From contig NC_068985.1 in NCBI RefSeq assembly GCF_001194135.2, positions 34,805,996-34,866,114 of the forward strand: a DNA stretch of 60,119 nucleotides. The letters are read 5' to 3'. The notes below the pieces were generated by a model, which saw only the letters and a program-made list of their open reading frames with translations, was not told the origin of the DNA and made no database searches. This DNA is from Octopus bimaculoides (taxonomy: Eukaryota). The position numbers and the translations under genes are program-made. Below, in pieces: positions 22,120 through 34,355 of this stretch (within the stretch, counting starts at the first letter, position 1; every line of letters starts with the position of its first letter).

Positions 22120-22320
22120 CTGTCCTCACTGACTAGATTGTTTATACTTGGTTTACTTACTAACTAACTGACCATAACAGATTCCTACATCCCAGAGTCA
22201 AAGAAGTATATGCCTTCAGCTTTAGAGTCTGACAAGTCTTCCCTGGGGCTAAGCCCTTTATGGATGCAAATCTATTGGTCACTCTATGACCAGACATATA
22301 CTTAACTATATATAAATATA
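22120..22320 (+). mobile_element. Inverted 3' end (pseudo-LTR) of the adjacent Penelope copy
   Basis: ctgacaagtc..ggggcta..tggatg..ctctatga..acatatacttaac matches the reverse complement of 3590-3680. Confidence 0.6.
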
Positions 22321-22417
22321 TAATTTGAATAATATGGGAAAACGAATTTCCAAATCAATCATGCATCGGCATATCGTGCAGTTGGGTCTTAATTATCATA
22401 TATTTATATTTATATAG

Positions 22418-22455
22418 ATTAACAATATTTTGAAAATGAACCTGAAAATGTGCTG
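22418..22455 (+). pseudogene. Candidate divergent A-type exon (38 nt, phase 1-0) with in-frame TAA: (D)*QYFENEPENVL
   Basis: atttatatttatatag| acceptor after a 36-nt AG-free zone; caa.at...gaa---aatgaacc.gaa similarity to A3; weak donor ctg|gtagaa. Confidence 0.35.
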
Positions 22456-22771
22456 GTAGAATTGTAAATCTGATGATTACACACATACACACATATATAT
22501 ATTATAATCTTCCAATACTGAAACATGTGTAGTTCCTTCGTAATTGATAATTTTAATTTTAACTTAAATAGGAGATAACTAAAGAAGTACATTTTATACC
22601 CTGCTTGTGTACTGGTTTTATCCTTTAAAGTATTATTTCGTGATGTGTAAGTAGATACCACGAGTTTACCTTCAGATATACTCGTTAGGTTGCTTTTTTG
22701 CATAATCTGAAGTAGAATACCCGCATATCTATTAATCCCCAAAAACCGAATTATCATATAAATATATATAT

Positions 22772-23566
22772 NNNNNNNNNNNNNNNNNNNNNNNNNNNNN
22801 NNNNNNNNNNNNNNNNNNNNNNNNNNNNNNNNNNNNNNNNNNNNNNNNNNNNNNNNNNNNNNNNNNNNNNNNNNNNNNNNNNNNNNNNNNNNNNNNNNNN
22901 NNNNNNNNNNNNNNNNNNNNNNNNNNNNNNNNNNNNNNNNNNNNNNNNNNNNNNNNNNNNNNNNNNNNNNNNNNNNNNNNNNNNNNNNNNNNNNNNNNNN
23001 NNNNNNNNNNNNNNNNNNNNNNNNNNNNNNNNNNNNNNNNNNNNNNNNNNNNNNNNNNNNNNNNNNNNNNNNNNNNNNNNNNNNNNNNNNNNNNNNNNNN
23101 NNNNNNNNNNNNNNNNNNNNNNNNNNNNNNNNNNNNNNNNNNNNNNNNNNNNNNNNNNNNNNNNNNNNNNNNNNNNNNNNNNNNNNNNNNNNNNNNNNNN
23201 NNNNNNNNNNNNNNNNNNNNNNNNNNNNNNNNNNNNNNNNNNNNNNNNNNNNNNNNNNNNNNNNNNNNNNNNNNNNNNNNNNNNNNNNNNNNNNNNNNNN
23301 NNNNNNNNNNNNNNNNNNNNNNNNNNNNNNNNNNNNNNNNNNNNNNNNNNNNNNNNNNNNNNNNNNNNNNNNNNNNNNNNNNNNNNNNNNNNNNNNNNNN
23401 NNNNNNNNNNNNNNNNNNNNNNNNNNNNNNNNNNNNNNNNNNNNNNNNNNNNNNNNNNNNNNNNNNNNNNNNNNNNNNNNNNNNNNNNNNNNNNNNNNNN
23501 NNNNNNNNNNNNNNNNNNNNNNNNNNNNNNNNNNNNNNNNNNNNNNNNNNNNNNNNNNNNNNNNNN
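22772..23566. other. Assembly gap (N run)
   Basis: 795 N flanked by (TA)n. Confidence 1.
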
Positions 23567-23587
23567 TATATATAGATACATATATTG

Positions 23588-24125
23588 AGGCATGGCTGTG
23601 TGGTAAGAAGCTAGCTTCCCAGCCACATGGTTCTGGGTTCAGTCCCACAACATGGCACTTTGGGTAAGTGTCTTTGAACTTTGGGCCTTACAGAGGCAAT
23701 GACTGGTGACCAAGACCTTTGGCAATATGTTGTGCTTGAGAAGACTTGTGAAGTCAAGTGAAACTGTAGTCATGGCCAATGCAGGTGGCATGTGGAAAGT
23801 ACCTTTCAAGTGTTGGGCTTCATGGAGGCAACAGCAAATGATTGAGACCTTTGGCATTATGTCGTGCTTGAGAAGAAGACCCATCAAACCAAGTAAAATT
23901 ACGGTTGTGACAGATACCACTGTCACACAAATGGCACCTGTGCTGGTGGCATGGAAAAGCACCCATTACACTCTGATAGTGGTTGGCATTAGGAAGGGCA
24001 TCCAGTTGTAAAAACCATACCAAATCAGACGAGTCTGGTGCAGCCATTCAGCTTGCCAGCCCTGATGAAACTGTCCAACCCATGCCAGAATGGACAATCG
24101 ATATTAAATGATGATGATGATGATG
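23588..24125 (+). mobile_element. SINE head joined to an RTE 3' end, ending in (ATG)n
   Basis: gcatggctgtgtggtaagaag head followed by gacctttggcaatatg.. RTE tail modules. Confidence 0.7.
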
Positions 24126-24204
<79 letters not shown>

Positions 24205-24484
24205 CTTACATGACCCTAGTAAATTGGATGAGAGAAATAAGTGAAGCTGGTGATCATAAGAGTTAAGTCCCTATGTGGAAATGCAACTAAGCATGGATTT
24301 AAATAGGATATCTCAAAATTCAGCTATGAAGTGGCTTATTTTACTGTTTAATTTGGGTCATTAGCTGTATTGTAATAGTTAACATACTATGAAATCATGG
24401 AGGAGAGATCAATTCTTATCATTTTGTCACTTTCATATATTTTTTTCTGTTTGCATTGATAATTAATGTATAATGCACAAATAG

Positions 24485-24502
24485 GTTCTATATTCGAATT
24501 TA
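24485..24502 (+). CDS. Candidate 18-nt micro-exon: VLYSNL in phase 0 (ITIM consensus) or (G)SIFEF in phase 1
   Basis: First AG after a ~75-nt AG-free, partly pyrimidine-rich stretch; donor TTA|GTAAGA. Confidence 0.45.
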
Positions 24503-25183
24503 GTAAGAGTATGTGTGTATGTGTATGTGTGCGTGTGTGTATGTGTGTGTGCACGCATGTGCATGTGTATGCATGTGAATTAGCTATGACTTGGAATGTA
24601 ATAAAATATCAATTGTACCATTTTGATGATAGGATATTCACCACACCACTGTTTACAAACATAAATTGGATTGAATGTTAGACATTCATAACAGTTTCAA
24701 TGTCATTTGCTAAACATCCACTGTTCATTTACTGATCATTAATTAGGAGCAAGTGTTCAGTTTTAGGCTATGATTTTATTCAAAATATATAGAAATTGTA
24801 AATAAAATGGCACCTGAAAATATGTAACAATCTCTCTTTTTGAGTAAAAAGCTTTATGTGTTAGCAAGTTACTAAAACTTTAGAATTTATTGCTCTAATG
24901 AGTCCATGTTTTCATTATTGTAACTTACTGAATTTTCACATCTTTTAATGTAATTTCTGGGATCATCATTAAAATTTTTCTGTTATGAAGAACTCTGTGC
25001 TTATAAGATAACAATTTGTGCACCAAGTTTTAAAGTTCCAATCATTCTAGTATTTAAGCAAACATGATCTTATATTTAATTATTTTTCTGCAAAGCATGT
25101 AATTATTTTCACAAATACCAAGTGTCAAATAATTGTTTAAAATATCAGGATCTCATGTACATTTTTATTCTTTTATTTTGTAG

Positions 25184-25258
25184 GTTACCAGTGAAGGTCC
25201 ATGTTTTCAGATGAACAAGAAGAACCTAGAACCTTGTGATATAGTATATAACACCTAG
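25184..25258 (+). CDS. Candidate terminal exon of gene 1: VTSEGPCFQMNKKNLEPCDIVYNT* in phase 0 (phase 1 gives xYQ*; alternative acceptor at 25211 gives DEQEEPRTL*)
   Basis: Strong atttttattcttttattttgtag| acceptor followed by AT-rich, repeat-free UTR-like sequence; ATTAAA at 25468. Confidence 0.5.
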   Translation, partial: VTSEGPCFQMNKKNLEPCDIVYNT

Positions 25259-26309
25259 AACTGAATGAAATCGTGTGAGCAACCTAAGTCAGTCTCCTTG
25301 ACATAATTTCATGGACACTTCTTGCAAGCACTACAGATTTGAACTAAATATCTGATGCCACCATAACATTATTGATCTCTGTTATATGCTGTAATTACAT
25401 TGTTTTTGTATTCACAGCATCATAAAATTCTTGATTTATTTTTAACTTTCATAAATGTCTATCTATAATTAAACATTTGCACCAATGAAGTAAACCCAGT
25501 TAAATTTCTGTATTTCTTTCCTCTTATACGAATCATCATCTGTTAAACATAATATGGAGATTTAATAATATGGCTATGAATATCATTAATTTTTTGAATA
25601 TATTTTGGAATAATACCTTAAAAAAATTTTAAGAATTTGAATTCATGCCAATTTTCTACAAATGAGCAGCAATTATAATTGGGTTTTTGTTCATGTTAAA
25701 CATATTCTTGAAACTATTTACAACTTCACAATCAAAGTTTGTGATATTTATTTTACAGAAGTTCTTTATATACTTTCTATTTTACTTCACTAGGATCAAT
25801 TTATTCAGATTTCATTCTGTCACATTTATATATATCTATACATAAATTCAGAATTATAATCCTTGATATTATCAAGTTTCAAAATCAGTCTTTTCAGCCC
25901 TTTTGAATTCTTGGTTAGTTTTCTTCTAAATAATCAAATTGTATATATACCAGAATTCATTTTTTCTTCTTGCTGATTATGAGGCTATATTTTTCGATAC
26001 GCACATCTAACCATTCTTTCTATAAGGCAATACCTCACTATATATGCTTTTCCATTATAATATACATTTTACTTACAAAACAAACAAAAAAAAAGGAAGA
26101 TCACTGTATATATATGGAATTTTGCCAACAACAATGCATGTTAGTGGTGTTCCAATGTTAAGGTTGTCATTGTTTGTGAACAGTTACTACATTGTGCCTG
26201 CAAAAGTGCTTGATTATTCTTGCTGCAGATAATTCTCTGAAATATTTAATTTCTGACCAATTCCATTTTACTGCTCAAACAAATCTTTTAGCTTTTATGT
26301 TTTGCTTGT

Positions 26310-26680
26310 TTCAGTCATTGAATTGTGGTCATGCTGGGGCACTGCCATGAAGAATTTTAGTCAAAGGAATCAACCCCAGTTCTTATTTTTAAGTCCTTGT
26401 GCTTATTCTATTGGTCTCTTTTGCCGAACTGCTAAGTTATGGGGATGTAAACACACCACCATCAGTTGTCAAGCAATGATGGGAGACAAGCACAAATACA
26501 CACAGATATATACAAATATACGACAGGCTTCTTTCAGTTTCCATCTACTAAATCCACTCACAGGGCTTTGGTCAGCCCAAGGTTATAATAGAAGACACTT
26601 GTCCAAGGTACCAAACAGTGAAACTGAACCCAGAACCATGTGGTTGAGAAGCAAATTTCTTACCACACAGCTACACCTGT
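26310..26680 (-). mobile_element. tRNA-derived SINE, near full length
   Basis: Reverse complement of the head, body and tail seen at 42845-43215. Confidence 0.8.
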
Positions 26681-26931
26681 ACCAAATTGCAACCAAGAAT
26701 GCACCAAATGTGTAGATTTTTTGCAAATGTACAATCTTTATGCATTAAATATTTTATCACTAGCTTCTATTTGTTTTCTAGCTAACAGAATACCTATGAA
26801 ATTTATTTGCTTTCAATTATCTTTAATGAGATAGAATTTTGTTTCTTTTTTTATATTATAAAAGAATGTAAATAGCTTTTCAAGAAAGATTAATTTCTTC
26901 TTATTATAATTTGATCACTTGGTCAATTCAT

Positions 26932-26933
<2 letters not shown>

Positions 26934-26970
<37 letters not shown>

Positions 26971-27020
26971 GTGCGTGCGCGTGCGCGCGCGTGTTTATGC
27001 GTGCGTGCGTGCATGTGTAT
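26934..27020. repeat. (TG)n/(TGCG)n/(GC)n alternating purine-pyrimidine tract
   Basis: Read directly. Confidence 0.95.
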
Positions 27021-28145
27021 GAGTCAGTGAATGAAACAGGCTTAAAATAAGGTATGAATTGAAAATTCTAAATTTTTTTTCTGTAAGAATGTTCAGGTCA
27101 TATATTCTATGTTGTATTGGTTTTCCTTGCTAGAAAACGATATTTTTTCTTCAATTTACATCCATTGTTTTTAATGCAGAGTTACATCCCCTAATCCTGG
27201 GTATAATACAATATTTGCAGTAAGATTTGAATTTATGACTAACTGATTACCACCTCAGTACATTTACCTTTATATCTATTTTCATAGTACCTATTTTACT
27301 CTGCCTTCATTTTGCTTCACACTTTTATTAACTCAGTAAATAGAGATGAATTGTATTTTCTTTAGACATTATTTATCTTTTCTGTTAACCATTTCAATAG
27401 AATTTGATTTAACTTTTTTCTAAGATACAAGAACATTCAAATCTAAATTCGAGAATACATATTTGTAAAAGAAACCAAACTTGCAGCTTGTACATAAGTA
27501 AATGCATGTGCAAATATTTATCCAGATTCCACAGCATCTCTCTTATACCTTAACTACAGAATGAATAAATGAATTGATATTTAAGTGATATTTTTTTGTG
27601 CTTTAGTTGGATGAAAGCATATACCTTGGTCTGTATAGACTCTCAAAACTTGTAAAATTAATGAGTTTATATTCAGCTTGTACATCGGTGTCAATATATA
27701 TAGAAAGGCATGGACAAGAAAGAAATTCTAAAGTATTGACTTTCTGAGAAGGAATGAGTGAGTATAGCAGTTAAGGAGGTGTGACACAGTATGGTTGGCA
27801 AGAGGAGAGACAATTATTTGAGGTTGACTTAAGAAGATGGTGGTATGTAACTAGCAGTGACTCTACTTTCATAGTACTAGAATAGGCAGTGAGAGGATAT
27901 GTATTTATAGACCAAAGTTTGCTGACATTGAGTTGGAGAATGAATCCTTGTCATTCATTTGGAAGATCTTCTGGATATAATCTTAGGATGTGTGTGTGGA
28001 AGTTATGTCCTACATGTGGGAAAAGTAATCCACTGTGAGGTTTACTTGAAATTTGTAGAAGGCCCACAACTGATCAGAGTTGAAGTATTTTTTGATCCAG
28101 AATAAGAAGACCAGTCACTGGAATGCAGTTTTAGGTATACTCATA

Positions 28146-28995
28146 TATGAGGTGGTATCAAAGGGCTCCCAGATTAGTTATGTTTAATAAAAAATAGCTT
28201 AACAAAGTTTTAACATCATCTTCTTTGAAATAGTCACCTTATGCAACAATACACCAGTCCCAATGTTCTTGCCACTTTTAGAATTAGGCCTGAAAGTTGT
28301 TTTCCGAAAGCGAGTTGAGGACCTTCTGCAGTTCACTCTGGATCTTGACAGCAGTGTTAAAACATTGACCTTTGAGCTGTATTTTCGTCTTGGGGAAGAG
28401 ATGGAGGTCTGCAGGTGCTAAATCTGGCAAATAATGCAGGTGCAGAAACAATACCATGTTGTTTTTGGTGAGAAACTCATGAGTGAGGAGAGCTCAGTGA
28501 CAGGGTGCATTGTGAAGAATCCAATTCTTTGTGCTTCATGGATCCGGCCACTTTCGCTGAATGTCCTCCCCCAAATGCTTCAAAATGTCACAGTAGAACT
28601 CTCGATTGATGGTCTGGCCCTAGGGGATGAATTCTTGATACACAATACCATGTCTCTTGGGATGACACTTGTGGCAGGTCTTCCAGGGATATTCTTCCAC
28701 TTTTGAAACACCCATATCACTCGAAGCATGCTCAATGTCTCTGTAGTAGACTTCCCAAGTTTAACACAAAATTTCACATTGGCTCTTTGTTCCTGTCCAT
28801 GACAAAATCACAGACTACAGCATACACACAATCACAAAAACATGAATTTCAGAACTTGCAAAGTAAACACAGCAATGTCACTCAGCACAATGCTTCAGGG
28901 AGGTCACTGCTAACTCTTACTGCACACACAACCATGTGCTACCATCTATTGGTGCACTACAGAACTAGTCCAGGGACTTCTTGATGCCACCTTGT
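28146..28995 (-). mobile_element. Mariner internal-deletion derivative, copy 2
   Basis: TATGAGGTGGTATCAAA terminus; ORF MKFCVKLGKSTTETLSML (mariner HTH start); colinear with 17307-18174. Confidence 0.85.
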
Positions 28996-29749
28996 GTGTA
29001 AGGATCAATGGGAAAGATCATCAGCGATTGTAGGTTTAACATCTGTTGTAACTTTAAGGGTTTTAACTGTGTTGTCCAAGACTAGAGAGGTTGAGTTGTA
29101 AGATTGTTTCTTCGACTTAGTTTTAATCAGAGAATTTACACAGAAGGATTACTTTGCATTAGGATTGGTCACAATTTAACATTTTTGAAAAATAGCAACA
29201 CTTCAAATGTGGAAAAAAGTTAGACAGAAATTCAAAATTACATTAATTATGCAACTAAAATGGAGTCAAGAGATATAGCAGGGCCAGAAAATTATTCAGC
29301 ACAGATAATTGTGTTCAAGTAAGATTACATTGGATTATTAATCTCATATCTGCCAAATATGAGATTAATAATACAATATAACTACAATATACTACAGCTA
29401 TACACACACACATGCGCATGTACATACTCATGCACACACATACACTCTTTCTTTCTCTCTCATACACACACACAGATCCACACTCTCTCTCTCTCTCTCA
29501 TACATACACACACACACACACACAAGTTGTGCAGGATTGACTGGATGAAATTAATGACATTTAGTCTGTGAAAGATGGTTGAGTGTTTGAAACAGTAACC
29601 AATGCACAATGAAGTGGTAACTGTAGATTTATATTTTTATACTTGCTGTGTCTGAAGGTAAGGGTAGTGCAGAACATCCAAAATTAGTGACTTTGATGCG
29701 GTTAATGTTCCATTTAATATGTTGTAAGGAGGGTGTAAGCAGGAAGAAG

Positions 29750-30740
29750 AAGGCTGGTGTTTTGAGGGGGAAAGTCTAGGTACAGTGGTTAGTTTCAGAT
29801 TAGATGGGATGGATGTATTAAGAGTGATTAGAAGTGAAGAGATGACTAGGTCACTGATGTCCGAATGGTGAAATTATGAGACCAGCTAGTTTTGAGTAAT
29901 TGAGAATATTAAAGTAGCAATATAAAAGACAGAGAGAAGAGACACTACATTTGTGGGCCAGAGACTGGTGCCTGTCTCTCAATGATTGTCATTTCGTCAA
30001 GTGGATCTTTTGTGGATGTTTGTGTCCATACTAGCAACATTGTTCCAGATGTGGGAACAGTATCCAGTGTGAACTTCACATGATGCCTTGTGGATTGTCA
30101 ACTGGTGAGGGTCTGAAATATTTCCTAGCTCTGAAGAGAACAACTAGTACTTGGGACTTGGTTGTAGCTTTGCTAAGGATGTGCTTTCATCAAGAGAAAT
30201 GCTTGGTCATAGTGAAACCCAACATTTGAAGGAATTGAAAGGGTACTAGCAGAGAGGGAGTATGATGCAGTAGGTTTTTCTTGATATTAGAAGTGCTGAC
30301 GTTTTCCTTTTTTTTTTCTATTAAAAAAGAGAAAGTTAGCAGCGATCCTCTGAAAAATCCTCTCAATGACCCCGTTTATTGAAGCAGTGCAAGTTTTGCT
30401 CTATAAAGTCATGTTTACATGCGGATGACCCATGGTTGGAGAAAGTTAGGGAGGTTTAACAGGTTATGTTATCTGTTTAAGAGTGAAATTTGTTGGATGT
30501 GGGGTCAAATAGATTATTGATGTATAGACAGAAGAGAGTGAGGTAACAAACGTAAATCTTGGATAACACCAGAATTGATTGAGAGTGGAGCACAAAAAGC
30601 TCCAGCACGTGTCATGAATAGCATCCAAGAAATGAGATGATTGAGCCCATAGACAGGATGTTTAGATAGGTAATCATATGCAAAAGGAGTAAAGGCACAG
30701 AGAATTGGTAAAGTGTTCCTCTAGAGTAACTCTTCTTGTA
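29750..30740 (-). mobile_element. CR1/Jockey-group LINE RT C-terminal remnant
   Basis: Minus-strand LISWML..INSGVIQD..LLPHSL..INNL and VLFRARKYF motifs. Confidence 0.6.
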
Positions 30741-30761
30741 CTTCTTCATTAGAAGCAAATA

Positions 30762-30950
30762 ATGGTTTCCAAGCAAAGTACTGTCATGAAGGTCTTAATT
30801 GAGGAGGAGTACAGCCTGTTTGATATCTGTAGAAGGTTACATGTTGATTACAGAGATAACACCATGGATAAGAGCAATGTACACAGATGGATAAAGAAGT
30901 TTAAAGAAAAGAAAACCAGCACTGAAGGCAAACCATACAGTTAGAGACCA
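30762..30950 (+). mobile_element. Mariner transposase N-terminal fragment
   Basis: DICRRLHVDY..TMDKSNVHRWIKKFKE HTH pattern. Confidence 0.6.
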
Positions 30951-30959
30951 TAAACTGGT

Positions 30960-32210
30960 TTTTTCACGTGCCACCAGCACAAGTGCCAGTAGGGTGACGC
31001 TGGTAACGATCACACTCAAATGGTGCCATTTACATGCCACTGGCACAGAAGCCAGACAGCTGCTCTGGCAATGATCATGCTCGAACGGTACTCTTAGCGC
31101 TCCACTGGCACAATTTCAATTTCACTTGCCCCAACAGGTCTTCGCAGGCCGAATTTAGTGTCCAATGAAGGAGAGGTTGGCATGGGTGCCAATCGTTGAA
31201 TTTGGTTCGATTTCAATTTCACTTGCCTCAACAGGTCTTCGCAAGCAGAGTTTAGTGTCCAATGAAGGAAAGGTACACATAAGTGGGCTGGCTTGCTGAA
31301 TCTTCTCACGCACAGCATATTTCCAAAGGTCTTGGTCACAAGCCATTGCCTTGGTGAGGCCTAATGTTCAAAGGTCGTGCTTCATCACCTCATCCCAGGT
31401 CTTCCTGGGTCCTACCACTTCCACAGATTCCCCTCAACCACTAGGGTGTGGCACTTTTTCACACAGCTATGCTCATCCATTCTCGCCACATGACCATACC
31501 AGTGCAATTGTCTCTCTTGCACACCACAACTGATGCTTCTTATGTCCAAATTTTCTCTCAAGGTGCTTACACTCTGTCAAGTATGCGCACTGACATTACA
31601 CATCCATCGGAGCATACTGGCTTCATTCCTTGCGAGCTTACACATGTCCTCAGCAGTCACAGCCCATGTTTCACTGCCATGTAGCATGACTGTTTGTACA
31701 CATGTGTCATACAGTCTGCCTTTTACTCTGAGCGAGAGGCCCTTTGTCACCAGCAGAGGTAAGAGCTCTCTGAACTTTGCCCAGGCTATTCTTACTCTAG
31801 CAGCTACACTTTCAGTGCACCCTCCTCCGCTACTAACTTGGTCACCTAGATAATGGAAGCTATCAACTACTTCTAATTTTTCTCCCTGGAATGTGGCAGA
31901 AGTTGTTCTCTGCACATTTTCAGTGTTTATTGCTCCTGAGCATCTGCCACATACAAAACTATCTTGCTAGTAAGCCTTCCTTTGATATTGCTGCACCTCT
32001 TATGTGTCCATAGCTTACACGGGGTACATCTTATAGAGTTTCTACCTACGCCTTTTCTACAAATCGAGTGGGGCCATCTACCTGAAAGGGTTTGTGTTTT
32101 GTCTACCTCCCTACTTATTAGGACTTTGGTTTTAGCTAGGTTGAGTCATTCAGTGTCACTATTAGACAATAAATGTGTCCGCTTTCTGTTGTTTTTTGGT
32201 GGTGCAAAAT
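30960..32210 (-). mobile_element. RTE-clade LINE, 5'-truncated
   Basis: ORF 31577-31915 LEVVDSFHYLGD..RIAWAKFRELLPLL..MLHGSETW; colinear with 37700-38700. Confidence 0.9.
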
Positions 32211-32479
32211 CACTCTCGTCACTGGAAATATTTAATGGCTATATATCTTCATGTGTACCTTGAATAAAATTAACTTCCAACATTTGCATACAAACACACC
32301 TACAAAAGCCATACACTACTTAATCATACGTCCAGTGGTGGATCTACTGTAAAACTAATGAAGCTTAAGCTATTCTTGCCTGTACATATGTATTATGTAT
32401 ACTTTGTACTTCATTATGTCGCACTCTGTTCTTTCTTTTTCCGCTGATATTTATATTTAAACATGTCAAAACACATGGC

Positions 32480-33545
32480 CTATCTGATTTTTAGAGGATC
32501 AATTATTGGAACATGGATGGTTGGAGTTTTAATAATTAAAACTGCTGAATTGCTTAATGTTTTGAGAGGAACAGGTTCTAAAATTATGTTGACTTTCTAA
32601 AACCAAGGTAAAACCAGCTCTGACAAGCATAATTCTGGACAGACTAGTGAAACATATTGTGCCTAAAAACCATCAAAGAACAGCTGCAAGAGTGACAGTA
32701 GAGCTGAACCACTACAATGCCAAACTTGTATAAACCAAAACCATTTGTCATGACCTCTATAAAGTTGGATGTTATAGTTGCAATTGCTGAACCTTTCTTG
32801 TCCCCACTAACATTGACAAGCAGTAAAAATGGTGTTTAGATTGTTATAAGTGATCAATGACTGAAAGGAACAATGTAATCTTCTCTGGTAAATCATCTTT
32901 CATTTTTGTTTTCAAATTTGAGGCAAGTTTATATCTGGAGTTAAACCATAGAAGCTTTAAACCCTGACAGTTTGGCTCCTAATGGGAAGCATGGAGATAT
33001 GTCTGTGATGATTTGGGCAGTCTTACCAGATTTCTCTTGACCCTTTAGTTTTTTTACATAGCAGAATTAATACCAGGGATTAACTGAGTATTTTGGCTCA
33101 TCACATCCATAAATGGTACAAAAATTGTTCTTTAATGATAGTGCAATCGTTTTGGAGGATAATGCACCAATTCCCATTGTGAATGTTTTTCAAAATTGGT
33201 ATGAAGACACAAGAATGAAGTAGACCACTTGGACTGGCTTACACAATCACTTAATATCAATATAAGTTAACATTTGTGGAGCATTTTGGAAGAACATGTG
33301 AGAAGCTGGTTCACTTTGTCACCATTACTGAAAGAGCTAAAACGGGTTTTACTTGAATAATGGCTCAAAATTCCCACCAAATCTGTTCAGAACCTGTATA
33401 AATCAATTCCTCAGTATATTAATAGCTGTGATTGATACCAAAGATGATCAACTCTGGTCTGCTCACTTAGCCAGTGAGATGGCGTCATTCAAAAGCTACT
33501 ACAATGCAAGGAAATGCATTGTGACCTACAATGTATAACAATGCC
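32480..33545 (+). mobile_element. Tc1-like DD34E transposon remnant
   Basis: VMIW, EDNAPI and LDW..QSLNIN..HLWSIL motifs (WP.QSPDLN.IE.LW-like); boundaries approximate. Confidence 0.6.
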
Positions 33546-33890
33546 CAATAATCTGGTCAATACAGTGATACAGTGATGAATCTGGTCAATACAGTGATAC
33601 AGTGATGTACCCAGTAATTCCTGGGGATAAAGATGTTCTATTGAAATGCCGGATCTTTTTTAAAACGGGGGCCACATTTTTCATTAACGAAACACTTTGA
33701 AACTTGGAACACTGGTAGAATGTGTCATATAAAACATCTTTTTCTCTTAGTCTTCTTAAAAAAAAAAAGAAATCCATAAATTATTCCATGTTAAAGTTGT
33801 CGTATTTCTGTAATTTCAACCAATCACTGACGTCCATTCAGCCGATATACATTAAGTGCCGACTACATAAACAAACGATTCTGAAACAAT

Positions 33891-33953
33891 TAACCCTAAC
33901 CCTAACCCTAACTCTAACCCGAACCCTAACCCTAGGGTTAGGGTTAGGGTTAA
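33891..33953. repeat. Interstitial telomere-like repeat, (CCCTAA)~7 followed by (TTAGGG)3, forming a palindrome
   Basis: Symmetry centre CCCT|AGGG at 33933/33934. Confidence 0.9.
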
Positions 33954-34018
33954 AACAAATTTAAAATGAAAAAAGCAAATAAAACGAAGGTATGGAGATT
34001 AAATACACTTTACATCGC

Positions 34019-34355
34019 NNNNNNNNNNNNNNNNNNNNNNNNNNNNNNNNNNNNNNNNNNNNNNNNNNNNNNNNNNNNNNNNNNNNNNNNNNNNNNNNNN
34101 NNNNNNNNNNNNNNNNNNNNNNNNNNNNNNNNNNNNNNNNNNNNNNNNNNNNNNNNNNNNNNNNNNNNNNNNNNNNNNNNNNNNNNNNNNNNNNNNNNNN
34201 NNNNNNNNNNNNNNNNNNNNNNNNNNNNNNNNNNNNNNNNNNNNNNNNNNNNNNNNNNNNNNNNNNNNNNNNNNNNNNNNNNNNNNNNNNNNNNNNNNNN
34301 NNNNNNNNNNNNNNNNNNNNNNNNNNNNNNNNNNNNNNNNNNNNNNNNNNNNNNN
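34019..34355. other. Assembly gap (N run)
   Basis: 337 N. Confidence 1.

Noticed and set aside
22419-23648. 409-aa and 290-aa ORFs, and similar ones at 1504-2126, 33961-34465 and 35421-35796
   Set aside because: Artefacts of N runs translated as X.
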